From: an uncultured bacterium
GTDB lineage: Bacteria > Lernaellota > Lernaellaia > Lernaellales > Lernaellaceae
DNA: 10,289 nt
Reading direction: 5' to 3'
Assembly: GCA_964534375.1 (NCBI GenBank)
Contig: CAZHPN010000202.1
Coordinates: forward strand, 1-10,289
The position numbers and the translations under genes are program-made. Below, piece by piece: positions 1-8,946 of the stretch. Each line of letters starts with the position of its first letter. The stretch's first letter is position 1. The notes beneath the pieces were generated by a model. That model had not been told where the DNA came from and ran no database searches. It saw only the letters and a list, made by a program, of their open reading frames with translations.

Positions 1-47
1 AAATCCGCTTTTCCAAGCGTCGCCGCTCTTTATCCTAAAGCCTATGC

Positions 48-75
48 GCCCTTTGGGAGAGGTCCGGGTGAGGGC
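48..75. repeat. Degenerate BoxC-like element
   Basis: GCCCTTTGGGAGAGGTCCGGGTGAGGGC resembles the CCCTCTCCC..GGGAGAGGG..GGGTGAGGG repeat family. The left pyrimidine arm is eroded (CCTATGCGCCC). Confidence 0.5.
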
Positions 76-88
76 AATTTTTCAGGTA

Positions 89-116
89 GTGCAGCCGAGG
101 GCGGCTGCGCCACACA
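89..116 (-). repeat. REP-like hairpin, GTGG foot (copy 1)
   Basis: Minus strand GTGG-C-GCAGCCG-CCCT-CGGCTGC with a perfect 7-bp stem (91-97/102-108). Bases 98-116 are identical to 9372-9390. Confidence 0.75.
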
Positions 117-129
117 GCACAATATGAAT

Positions 130-155
130 GCGGGTGGGGACACCCGCGGGTGTCC
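130..155. repeat. Overlapping palindromes (REP-like)
   Basis: GCGGGTG-GGGA-CACCCGC (130-147) overlaps the perfect 18-bp palindrome GGACACCCGCGGGTGTCC (138-155). Confidence 0.65.
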
Positions 156-171
156 GCAGTCGATCAACCGC

Positions 172-190
172 GACGCGATTGAATCGCTGT
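172..190. repeat. Short palindrome (degenerate REP-like)
   Basis: GCGATT-G-AATCGC (175-187), extendable with a one-base bulge to GAC...GTC. Confidence 0.45.
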
Positions 191-194
191 CCGT

Positions 195-223
195 CTCTGC
201 GTGGCTCCGTGGCTCCGAGTGAG
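195..223. repeat. 8-mer tandem repeat (CGTGGCTC)
   Basis: CTCTG-CGTGGCTC-CGTGGCTC-CGAGTGAG: two exact units at 200-215 with degenerate flanking units. Confidence 0.6.
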
Positions 224-269
224 GTTCGGGATCGACATGCCCCGTGTGAGGTCCGGCCGGCTTCTCACT

Positions 270-295
270 GGGGCGATGGCAAACATCGCCCCTGC
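270..295 (-). repeat. REP-like hairpin, GCAG foot; possible 3' mRNA end structure of the lpxD operon
   Basis: Perfect 9-bp stem GGGGCGATG-GCAAA-CATCGCCCC (270-292). Minus strand begins GCAG-GGGCG, like GTAG-GGGCG REPs. Starts 15 nt after the lpxD stop and has no U-tract. Confidence 0.7.
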
Positions 296-310
296 AGTTC
301 GTTCCGACTT

Positions 311-1327
311 CTATTTTTTCTCGAGTTCATCCACCCGCATGCCGAGGCGCTTCAGTTCCTTGATCGCCTCGGGCAGCCGCGTCAATGCCGCTGTCTCGCG
401 TTTCCAGGCCATGTGGTCTTTGGCGACGAAACCGCCGACCATCGCCCCGTCGGGCACGTCGCGGCGCACCGCGGCGCGCGCGCCGACCACGCTGCCGCGG
501 CCGATGCGCACATGCGGCACGGCGCCGGCCCCGGCCGCCAGCACGGCGTCGTCGCCGACGGTCACCGAGCCGGAAAGTCCCACCTGCGAAACAATCAAGC
601 AGCGTTTGCCGATCAGGCAGTTGTGGCCGATTTGGACGAGATTGTCGATTTTCGTGCCCGCGCCGATCACCGTGCGGCCGAACGTCGCGCGGTCGATGCA
701 AGAGTTGGCGCCGATTTCTACGTCGTCCTCGACGACCGCGATGCCGTTCTGCGGCACCTTGACGTGGCGGTCGCCGATGCGGGTGAAGCCGAAGCCGTCG
801 GCGCCGATCGAGACGTTGTGCCAGCAGACGACGCGCTCGCCCAAGCGGCAGCGCCGGCCGACCCGGACGCCTGGGTGCAGCACGCAGCCGGCGCCGACGA
901 CGGCATCCGGCCCCACGTAGCTCTGCGGCGCGAGCACGGCGCGCGGGCCGATCGTCGCGCCCGGGCCGACGTACGCCAGCGCCATCACGGTCGCCGTCGG
1001 GTCGATCGTCGCGGTCGGATCGACCACGGCGCGCGGGTCGACGCCCGGGGCCGGCGCGGTTTCGGCGGCGAAGACCGCGGCCGCTTGAATCGCGGCCAGC
1101 CGCGGCTCGGCGACGACGATCTGCGGCGCCGGCAACTCCGGCGAAAAGGCGCGCACCAGCACGGCGCCGGGATGGCGGTCTTGCAGCAGCGGCAGGTATT
1201 TCGGGTCGTCGATGAAGGTCGCTTCGTCGTCGCGCACGCCGGCGGCCTGCGCCACGCCGCGGATTTCGCGCGCGCTGTCGCCGTGGACGCGGCCGCCCAG
1301 CAACTCGGCCAATTCCGCAAGCTTCAT
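311..1327 (-). CDS. lpxD: UDP-3-O-(3-hydroxyacyl)glucosamine N-acyltransferase
   Basis: 338 aa. N-terminal uridine-binding domain ([10 protein letters not shown]...IRGVA...ATFI...KY), hexapeptide left-handed beta-helix repeats, GADGFGF, [23 protein letters not shown] and the catalytic-His motif [13 protein letters not shown]-rich RBS (GGGGGG) upstream. Lies directly after skp, as expected. Confidence 0.96.
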   Translation of the reverse strand: MKLAELAELLGGRVHGDSAREIRGVAQAAGVRDDEATFIDDPKYLPLLQDRHPGAVLVRAFSPELPAPQIVVAEPRLAAIQAAAVFAAETAPAPGVDPRAVVDPTATIDPTATVMALAYVGPGATIGPRAVLAPQSYVGPDAVVGAGCVLHPGVRVGRRCRLGERVVCWHNVSIGADGFGFTRIGDRHVKVPQNGIAVVEDDVEIGANSCIDRATFGRTVIGAGTKIDNLVQIGHNCLIGKRCLIVSQVGLSGSVTVGDDAVLAAGAGAVPHVRIGRGSVVGARAAVRRDVPDGAMVGGFVAKDHMAWKRETAALTRLPEAIKELKRLGMRVDELEKK

Positions 1328-1345
1328 GGTTGCCCCCCGGTCGGA

Positions 1346-1370
1346 GGCGCAGCCGACGGTGCGCCCCTGC
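1346..1370 (-). repeat. REP-like hairpin, GCAG foot, in the skp-lpxD spacer
   Basis: Minus strand GCAGG-GGCGCA-CCGTCGGC-TGCGCC (6-bp stem). Shares CGCCCCTGC (1362-1370) with 287-295. Confidence 0.45.
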
Positions 1371-1417
1371 GCCCATTCGTTATGCGGGCTTCGTGCCGCG
1401 GCGACGGGGCGCCTCGG

Positions 1418-1942
1418 CTACTGATTCATCTGGCGCACAATCTGATCGGTCAGATCGACGGACGACGAACCGTAGAGCACGACGGAGCCTTCGGTCGCCT
1501 GGTCTTCCACTTTCAGGAGCACCAGGTCGTAGCCGCCGGAAGTCGCCAGCCGAGTCGAGATTTCCTTGACCTTGGCGATGACCTTCTTGAAGCGTTCGAG
1601 CTTGAAGTTCTCCATCTCGAACCCGGCCTGCTGCTGAAATTGGTAGAATTCGCTCGCCTTTTTCTGCAGTTCTTCGCGCTTGGACTGCTTGGCGGCGTCG
1701 GACAGGGCGGCTTCGCTCTTTTGGTAGTTGTCGCCCATCGTCCGCAGCTCGAGCTCTTTTTTCTTGCCGCTGATCGTCAACTCGTCGGCCTTCGCCGCGA
1801 TCTCTTTGCTGGCGTCTTTGCCCATCGTCGTCAAATCCAACACGCGTTGCAGATCGACGAAGCCCACTTTGCCGGCGAACGCCGGGGTCGCCAGCGCCAG
1901 CGCCGCGAGGCTGAACGCCGCGATGATGATTGTTTTGCGCAT
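1418..1942 (-). CDS. skp: OmpH/Skp family periplasmic chaperone
   Basis: 174 aa. Sec signal peptide ending AFA, then KVGFVDLQRVL, long coiled-coil helices, GYDLVL and C-terminal VLY...DLTDQIV. AAGGAG RBS. Sits between bamA and lpxD. Confidence 0.93.
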   Translation of the reverse strand: MRKTIIIAAFSLAALALATPAFAGKVGFVDLQRVLDLTTMGKDASKEIAAKADELTISGKKKELELRTMGDNYQKSEAALSDAAKQSKREELQKKASEFYQFQQQAGFEMENFKLERFKKVIAKVKEISTRLATSGGYDLVLLKVEDQATEGSVVLYGSSSVDLTDQIVRQMNQ

Positions 1943-1960
1943 TGCGCAAGCTCCTTTCGC

Positions 1961-4264
1961 CTAGAAGAAGGTGCCGATGCCGAATTCGAACACCTGGTTA
2001 CGTTCGTCTTTCTGTTTGTGCAGCGGGAAGCCCCACTCGAACCGCAACGGCCCGATCGGGCTGATCCACCGCAAACCAAAGCCCCAACTCTGCCGCAGGT
2101 AGGTCAGGTCGAAGGGCTTCTGCTCGATGAAGGCGTTGCCCACATCGTAGAACAACAGCCCTTTTATCTTCAGTTGTTCCACGATCGGAATCAATAGCTC
2201 GATATTGCCCTGCAAATACTTGTTGCCGCCGATGACGTCGCTGACCTGCTCGGTGATCGACGCCGGGTCGTCGGTGTGGCGCATGACGTCGCTGGTTTCG
2301 ATCGGCCCCAGCGAGCGCGAGAGGAAGCCGCGGACGCTGTTGAGGCCGCCGAGGAAGTAGCGCTCGGAAACCGGCAGCATGCCGCGATCGAGGTTCTGCG
2401 CGTAGCCGATTTCGCCGTTGAACATCACCGAGACGCCCCAGTAGATCGGCACGTACCGCCGGGCGAGTCCGGTGTATTTCAAGAAGTTCAGCGAGCCGCC
2501 GAGGTACGGGGTCGCATATTCGATCGACGCCGTCAGGCGCATGCCGTCGGTCGGATCGAACGGGTGGTTGACCGTGTCGCGCAGCAGCGTCAAGGTCACG
2601 CTCGTCTTGGTTTTCTGCCCCTGCTGCTGAATCAGGAACAGCGACGCGCTGCTGGCCACGTCGTAAATATCGACGTAGGAATAGTTGTAGGCGACGTGCG
2701 CTTCGATGTCCAAATACAGGGGGTGGCCGAAACTGACCGTCGCCGCCTGGTCGCGCCGCCAGAACGAGAAGTAATCGCGTTCCATGTTGACCAGCGTCAG
2801 GCCGAAGATCCAGCGCGTATCGAAGAAGCCCGGATCCTGGAATTGCGCCTGAATGTTGCGGCGGTACTTGCCGAGTTCGCCCTGCAACGACACCTTCCAG
2901 CCGTAGCCGAAGAGGTTGTTGTGGCTGACCTGCGCCGTGCCGATGAAGTTCTCGAGGCTGGAGAACCCGACGCCGACGATGAACTGGCCCTGATTCGTCT
3001 CTTTCACGTCGATCGTGACGATCACCATTTCGTCGGACGAGCCCTTGCGCCACTTGATCGACACCTCGTCAAAATAGCCCTTGCGCATCAGGCGCGCTTT
3101 CGAATCGCGAATGCCGGGGCCGGAGAAGAGGTCGCCTTCGGTGATCAGCAACTCGCGCCGGATCACCTTGTCGCGCGTGCGGTCGTTGCCGTGAATTTCG
3201 ATGCGTTCGATGTAGGCGAGCTTGCCTTTGTCCACCTTGAAGCCGGTCTTCACCCGCCGCGTTTCCGGATCGGGCTCGATCTGCGGCTCGATGTCGGCAA
3301 ACGCGTAGCCGACGTCGGTGTAACGGTTCTTCAACGCCTCCAGCGAGCCGTCGAATTTCGCGCGCGAGAAGACCTCGCCGACTTTGATCGTGATCAACTT
3401 CGTCAAGTCTTCTTTTTTGAAAAGCAGATCGCCGTCGAGCGTCACGCTTTCGATATAGAACTGCGGCCCCTCGTTGACCGCGACCGAGATGTACATCCAG
3501 CGCTTGTCCGCCGACAGCGTGACCACCGGCCGGCCGATCTGCGCGAAATAGCCGCGGTCGGCGTAGTAGCGCCGGAGCAACTCGAGATCCTGGGCGAACA
3601 TCGTTTCGCGGTAGACGCCGGTCGAGGTGACGTAGCTGCCGATGTCGCCCGCTTTGGTTTGAATCGCCTTGCGCAGTTCTTCGTCGGTGAAGGCGTGGTT
3701 GCCGACGAAATCGACGCGCTTGATGTAAATCTTGCGGTATTCGTGAATGCGGATGACCACCTTCACGCGGTTGTTCGGCAGCGGTTCGATCTCGTAGGTG
3801 ATGTCCACCATGAAGAAGCCTTCCGCCTCGTACAATTGGCGGATCTTCTCGATGTTCTCCTTGATCTTGGCGACCGACAAAATGGTGTTCGGCTTGAGGT
3901 CGACGGCCTGGTCGATTTTGTCTTTCTTGACCTCGTCGTTGCCCTCGTACACGAATTCCTTGACCGCGGGCTTTTCCTCGACGACGAAGATGACGATCTT
4001 GCCTTCCGGCGCATCCTGCAACTCAATCCGCACGTCGGCGAAATAGGCCAGGGCGAAGACCGCGCGCAGGTCGGCGTCCAGCCGCTCGGGGTCCAGCGCG
4101 TCGCCTTTCTTGGTCGTCACGACCGCCAGGACGGCGTCGTCTTCGATGCGTTTGGCGCCCTCGACCCGCACGCCGGCGACGACCACGGGCGTCGCGTGCG
4201 CCGTCGCCGCCAGGCCGGCGACCAGCAGCGCCGCCAGCAGCAGCCAGCCCGCGGCGCGCCTCAC
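1961..4264 (-). CDS. bamA: Outer membrane protein assembly factor BamA (767 aa from GTG)
   Basis: Start moved from the ORF-track position 4393 to GTG at 4264: GGAG RBS upstream, GTGA overlap with the lolD stop, followed by signal peptide RRAAGWLLLAALLVAGLAATAHA. POTRA repeats (GNDRTRDKVIRREL), barrel motifs NLFGYG, ERYFLGGLNSVRGF and SPIGPLRF, and C-terminal Phe (FEFGIGTFF). Confidence 0.96.
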   Translation of the reverse strand: MRRAAGWLLLAALLVAGLAATAHATPVVVAGVRVEGAKRIEDDAVLAVVTTKKGDALDPERLDADLRAVFALAYFADVRIELQDAPEGKIVIFVVEEKPAVKEFVYEGNDEVKKDKIDQAVDLKPNTILSVAKIKENIEKIRQLYEAEGFFMVDITYEIEPLPNNRVKVVIRIHEYRKIYIKRVDFVGNHAFTDEELRKAIQTKAGDIGSYVTSTGVYRETMFAQDLELLRRYYADRGYFAQIGRPVVTLSADKRWMYISVAVNEGPQFYIESVTLDGDLLFKKEDLTKLITIKVGEVFSRAKFDGSLEALKNRYTDVGYAFADIEPQIEPDPETRRVKTGFKVDKGKLAYIERIEIHGNDRTRDKVIRRELLITEGDLFSGPGIRDSKARLMRKGYFDEVSIKWRKGSSDEMVIVTIDVKETNQGQFIVGVGFSSLENFIGTAQVSHNNLFGYGWKVSLQGELGKYRRNIQAQFQDPGFFDTRWIFGLTLVNMERDYFSFWRRDQAATVSFGHPLYLDIEAHVAYNYSYVDIYDVASSASLFLIQQQGQKTKTSVTLTLLRDTVNHPFDPTDGMRLTASIEYATPYLGGSLNFLKYTGLARRYVPIYWGVSVMFNGEIGYAQNLDRGMLPVSERYFLGGLNSVRGFLSRSLGPIETSDVMRHTDDPASITEQVSDVIGGNKYLQGNIELLIPIVEQLKIKGLLFYDVGNAFIEQKPFDLTYLRQSWGFGLRWISPIGPLRFEWGFPLHKQKDERNQVFEFGIGTFF

Positions 4265-4944
4265 GTGAGATTCTCCAGCTTGCCGGCGACCAGGCGCAGC
4301 AGCCGCGGCATGCGCCGGGCGAGGCGGTCGTTGTGCGTGACGACGATGAAGCTGGCGCCGCGGCGGCGGTTGACGTCGAACATCACGTCCCACAGCTTCT
4401 CGCCGATCGCCGCGTCGAGGTTGCCGGTCGGCTCGTCGGCCAGCACCAGATCCGGGTTCATCACCAGCGCCCGGGCAAAGGCCACGCGCTGCTGTTCGCC
4501 GCCCGACAACTCGCCCGGCTTGTGCCGCAGCCGCTCGCCGAGGCCGAGTTCGCGCAGCGCCTCCGCGGCGTTCTTGGCGGCGTCGGCGCGCGACATCCCG
4601 GCGATCAGCGCCGGCATCATCGCGTTTTCGAGCGTGTCGAATTCGGGGATCAGGCCGTGAAATTGGAAGACGAAACCGACCCGCCGGTTGCGAAAAGCGG
4701 CCAGCGCGCGGTTCGGCGTTTTCTCGGAAAAGACCGGCTCGCCGTCGAAGGCCACCGTGCCGGCCGTCGGCCGCTCGAGCGCGCCGAGCACATACAGAAA
4801 GGTCGATTTGCCGGCGCCGGATTCGCCGACGACGCCGACCATTTCGCCGCGCTCCATCGTGAAATCGAGGCCCCGCAGGACTTCCAGCGGCGCGCCGACC
4901 TCGGTGTAGGTTTTGACCAACCCTCGAACTTCAACGAGCGGCAT
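4261..4944 (-). CDS. lolD: Lipoprotein-releasing ABC transporter ATP-binding protein (227 aa)
   Basis: True start is ATG at 4944 (MPLVEVRGLVK) with AAGGA RBS overlapping the upstream stop. The 577-aa ORF-track version is an upstream extension through another frame of the permease gene. Walker A GESGAGKST, GFVFQFH, signature LSGGEQQRVA, Walker B LVLADEPTGNLD, H-loop VVTH. Confidence 0.93.
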   Translation of the reverse strand: MPLVEVRGLVKTYTEVGAPLEVLRGLDFTMERGEMVGVVGESGAGKSTFLYVLGALERPTAGTVAFDGEPVFSEKTPNRALAAFRNRRVGFVFQFHGLIPEFDTLENAMMPALIAGMSRADAAKNAAEALRELGLGERLRHKPGELSGGEQQRVAFARALVMNPDLVLADEPTGNLDAAIGEKLWDVMFDVNRRRGASFIVVTHNDRLARRMPRLLRLVAGKLENLT

Positions 4945-4952
4945 GACGTTCC

Positions 4953-6218
4953 TTATTCGTAACGAAGCGTTCGCACGGGGTCCAACCGGCTGGCGATGCC
5001 CGCGGGAATCGCCGTCGCCACCATGATCAGACCCAGGGACGCCGCGAAAATCACAAAAAAATCGAACAGCGTGAACGAAATCGGCAGCGTGTCGATAAAG
5101 TACACGCGCGGATCGAGCGCCACGAACTTGTATTTCATTTGCGCGAGGCAGACGCCGACGCCGAGCGCGGCGCCGAGCACCGTGCCGAGCACGCCGGTCA
5201 CCAAGCCTTGGAACATGAAGATGCGGCGAATCTGACTCGCCGACGCACCCATCGCAACGATCATCGCGATGCTGCGTTGCTTGTCCATCACCACCATGTA
5301 CAGCGTCGAGAAAACATTCAGCGCGGCGACGAAAATGATCAGGCACAGGATGATGAACATGACCAGCTTCTCCAACTTCAGCGCCGTGAAGAGGTTGCGG
5401 TTCATGTCCTTCCAGTCCCGGGTGTAATACGGCCAGCCGAGCGCCGCGCGGATGCGTTCGGTCACGGCTTCGGTCTCCCACATGTCCGTGAGGCGGACTT
5501 CGAGGCCGGTCACCGTATTGTCGGCGTTGAAGAAGTCCTGCGCCACCTTGAGATCGAGATAGCCGAATTTGGCGTCGAACTCGTACAACCCGCTCTGGAA
5601 CTCGCCGACGACGACGAACGTTTTGCTCTTCGGCGCCGGCCCCATCGGCCCGGCCTCGCCGATCGGATTGACAATCGTCAGTTCTTCCTGCGGGAACACG
5701 CGCAGGGACGCCATCAAATCGTGGCCGAGCAGGATGCCGGGGTACGTCTTGTTGTCCGGCGCCTTTTCCGAGGGCGGCCGCAGCGGCTTGTGCTCGACGC
5801 GCAGTTGATCCAGCGCGTCGCCTTTGACGCTGTTGGCGATGCTCGTCACCGTCGCGGCCGACGCCGGGTCGATGCCGCGCAGAATCACGCCCGTCGCGTG
5901 ATCGGAAGTGGCCGCCATCACCTCGCGGAAGATGAACGGCGTGACGGCCGCGACGCCGTCGAGGCGCTTCACTTTCTCGGCGACGTCCTGCCAATGCTCC
6001 AGTTCGCCGTTGTGCGACATCACCATCATGTGGCTGAGCGTGCCCAGAATCTTCGTCGTCATGTCCTGCTGAAAGCCGGTGACGACCGCCAGCACCACGA
6101 TCAGCGTCGCGACGCCGACGGCCACGCCGGTCACGGCGATAATCGTGATGATCGAGAGCGCCACTTTGCGCCGCTTGGGGCGTAAAAATCGCAGGCCGAC
6201 GAAGCGGGCGAAACCCAT
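4953..6218 (-). CDS. lolE: Lipoprotein-releasing ABC transporter permease, LolC/E (LolF-like single subunit)
   Basis: 421 aa. N-terminal TM (ITIIAVTGVAVGVATLIVVLAVVTGF), MacB-like periplasmic domain (LRGID, FQSGLYEFD), DWKDMNRNLFTALKLEK, three C-terminal TMs and the terminal LDPVRTLRYE motif. Adjacent to lolD. Confidence 0.92.
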   Translation of the reverse strand: MGFARFVGLRFLRPKRRKVALSIITIIAVTGVAVGVATLIVVLAVVTGFQQDMTTKILGTLSHMMVMSHNGELEHWQDVAEKVKRLDGVAAVTPFIFREVMAATSDHATGVILRGIDPASAATVTSIANSVKGDALDQLRVEHKPLRPPSEKAPDNKTYPGILLGHDLMASLRVFPQEELTIVNPIGEAGPMGPAPKSKTFVVVGEFQSGLYEFDAKFGYLDLKVAQDFFNADNTVTGLEVRLTDMWETEAVTERIRAALGWPYYTRDWKDMNRNLFTALKLEKLVMFIILCLIIFVAALNVFSTLYMVVMDKQRSIAMIVAMGASASQIRRIFMFQGLVTGVLGTVLGAALGVGVCLAQMKYKFVALDPRVYFIDTLPISFTLFDFFVIFAASLGLIMVATAIPAGIASRLDPVRTLRYE

Positions 6219-6222
6219 CGGA

Positions 6223-7713
<1,491 letters not shown>

Positions 7714-7740
7714 GTGAGTTCTCTCTTGAGCAAACGCGCT

Positions 7741-7770
7741 ACCCTAGTTTTTTATGGACGCTGCTGTCAA
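7741..7770 (-). promoter_or_regulatory. Sigma70-type promoter for the lysS-lol-bamA-skp-lpxD operon
   Basis: Minus strand reads TTGACA (7770-7765), 18-nt spacer, TAGGGT (7746-7741; TAnnnT). It ends 27 nt upstream of the lysS ATG. Confidence 0.75.
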
Positions 7771-7936
7771 GTGTGACGGCTTTTTTGCGGCGACTTTGTT
7801 GCGCGACGATGCGGGCCGCAGCGCCAGGGGCGGGCGCCGGTTTTCGCGCGAACTTTTCGGCGGGACGCGGGGTTTTCAGCGCTTTTGCCGGCGCAGTTCG
7901 CCCTTTTGCGGCGCGCGCGTTTCCATTTGATCGACG

Positions 7937-7949
7937 CAACCCGTTGAAA
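7937..7949 (-). promoter_or_regulatory. Putative IHF binding site
   Basis: Minus strand TTTCAACGGGTTG versus consensus WATCAANNNNTTR (one mismatch), about 30 bp upstream of the sigma54 -24 box, which is the usual position. Confidence 0.45.
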
Positions 7950-7978
7950 TGACAGATAAACGCGTTGCCCCCGAAATG

Positions 7979-7995
7979 TTGGCATCATTTCTGCA
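7979..7995 (+). promoter_or_regulatory. Sigma54 (RpoN) -24/-12 promoter
   Basis: TTGGCATCATTTCTGCA: GG (7981-7982), exactly 10 nt, GC (7993-7994), matching TGGCAC-N5-TTGCW. Predicted TSS near 8006, upstream of the RBS of the plus-strand gene. Confidence 0.7.
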
Positions 7996-8028
7996 AAGTA
8001 CTATCGATGCGTGGAAAGGAAGGGTGCT

Positions 8029-8946
8029 GTGAAAGCTTCGCGAACTCGGAAAAGCCTCGATGGATACGAAATCCAAGCGATCAGGGCGAAGCTGCCCCGC
8101 GTGGCGGCGGTCGCGGCGGTCGCCTCGGCCTTGCTGCTATGCTGCATCGCGCCGGCGGCGTTCGCCTCCTCGACCCAACAAGATCCCGCCGCGCCGGTCG
8201 TGCATGCCCCTCTGAAGCCCGAGCCGATGGTCGACGTGGTCATTGAAAACTTCACGTGGGAGCGGCCGGCGCGCCGCCCGATTCCCGAAAACGTGGCGGC
8301 GCTGCTGGCGAAGGCGGATGAGTGCTTCCAGGCCGGCCGCGTCGCCGACCCGCCGGAAGACTCCGCCTACGGCATGTACCTGTTTGTGCTGGGGCTGGAC
8401 CCGGACAACGAAATCGCGCAGGCCGGCGTCAAGAAGGTCGAGGAATACTACCTGGCGCTCGGCCGCGGCTATGCGCGCAACGAGCGCTATGAGCAGGCGA
8501 TTGCGAGCTTCCGCAAGGCGTTGCTGGTCAACGCCGACGACGCCGAGGCCGAACTGGCGGTGGACCAGTTGGAGACGCTCATCCGCGAGCAGGCGAACGA
8601 GAGCGCGATCCGGCCGGCGGCCGGCGCCGCCAAACTATGGAACGCCCCGCCGGAGACGCCGGCCCAACCGGATCAAGCCGCCGTCGCCGCCATGAAGGCG
8701 ACCATCAAAGAGCACATGGGCCGCGTCAACTTCTGCTTCGCCAAGAACCCCGACGCCAAGGGCGTGGCCTCAATCCGCTTCAGCATCAACCCCGACGGCT
8801 CGGTTTCCAATGTCGCCCTGCCGGACTCGACGCTCGGCAATAGTGAAATCGAGCAATGCCTGCTGCGCCGCGTCGCCCTCATGCGCTTCCCCACGTTCGC
8901 CGGCGCCCCCCGGACGGTGGTCGTGCCGTTTCGATTCAATCAGTAG
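8029..8946 (+). CDS. Exported TPR-repeat protein with C-terminal AgmX/PglI (TonB-C-like) domain
   Basis: Preferred start is GTG 8029 (AAGGAAGGG RBS; 305 aa); alternative GTG 8011 has no room for an RBS after the sigma54 TSS. Hydrophobic signal segment ending AFA, helical TPR-like repeats (PPEDSAYGMYLFVLGLDPDNEIAQAG; YLALGRGY...YEQAIASFRKALLVNADDAEA), Pro/Ala linker, then IKEH..VNFCF...G.ASIRFSINPDGSV...STLGNSEIEQCLL...RFP...VVPFRF with the Cys pair typical of this domain. Confidence 0.82.
   Translation: MKASRTRKSLDGYEIQAIRAKLPRVAAVAAVASALLLCCIAPAAFASSTQQDPAAPVVHAPLKPEPMVDVVIENFTWERPARRPIPENVAALLAKADECFQAGRVADPPEDSAYGMYLFVLGLDPDNEIAQAGVKKVEEYYLALGRGYARNERYEQAIASFRKALLVNADDAEAELAVDQLETLIREQANESAIRPAAGAAKLWNAPPETPAQPDQAAVAAMKATIKEHMGRVNFCFAKNPDAKGVASIRFSINPDGSVSNVALPDSTLGNSEIEQCLLRRVALMRFPTFAGAPRTVVVPFRFNQ

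Noticed and set aside
270..292. Rho-independent terminator call for the lpxD operon
   Set aside because: Strong stem but no U-tract on either strand, so recorded as a REP-like hairpin instead.
128..2197. 689-aa plus-strand ORF
   Set aside because: Antisense shadow of lpxD/skp/bamA. Arg/His/Gly-rich with no recognisable motif; long stop-free antisense frames are expected in high-GC coding DNA.
4265..4393. N-terminal extension of BamA in the ORF track
   Set aside because: Overlaps lolD. GTG 4264 has an RBS and is followed directly by a signal peptide.
2276..4660. 794-aa plus-strand ORF
   Set aside because: Antisense in-register shadow of bamA/lolD with no independent coding evidence.
4945..5994. 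Apparent 350-aa N-terminal extension of LolD (possible fusion or frameshift)
   Set aside because: It is an alternative Arg-rich frame of the intact permease gene. lolD has its own RBS and ATG at 4944.
7714..7920. T-box or lysine riboswitch upstream of lysS
   Set aside because: The promoter lies only about 27 nt upstream of the ATG, leaving no room for a structured leader, and no T-box consensus is visible.
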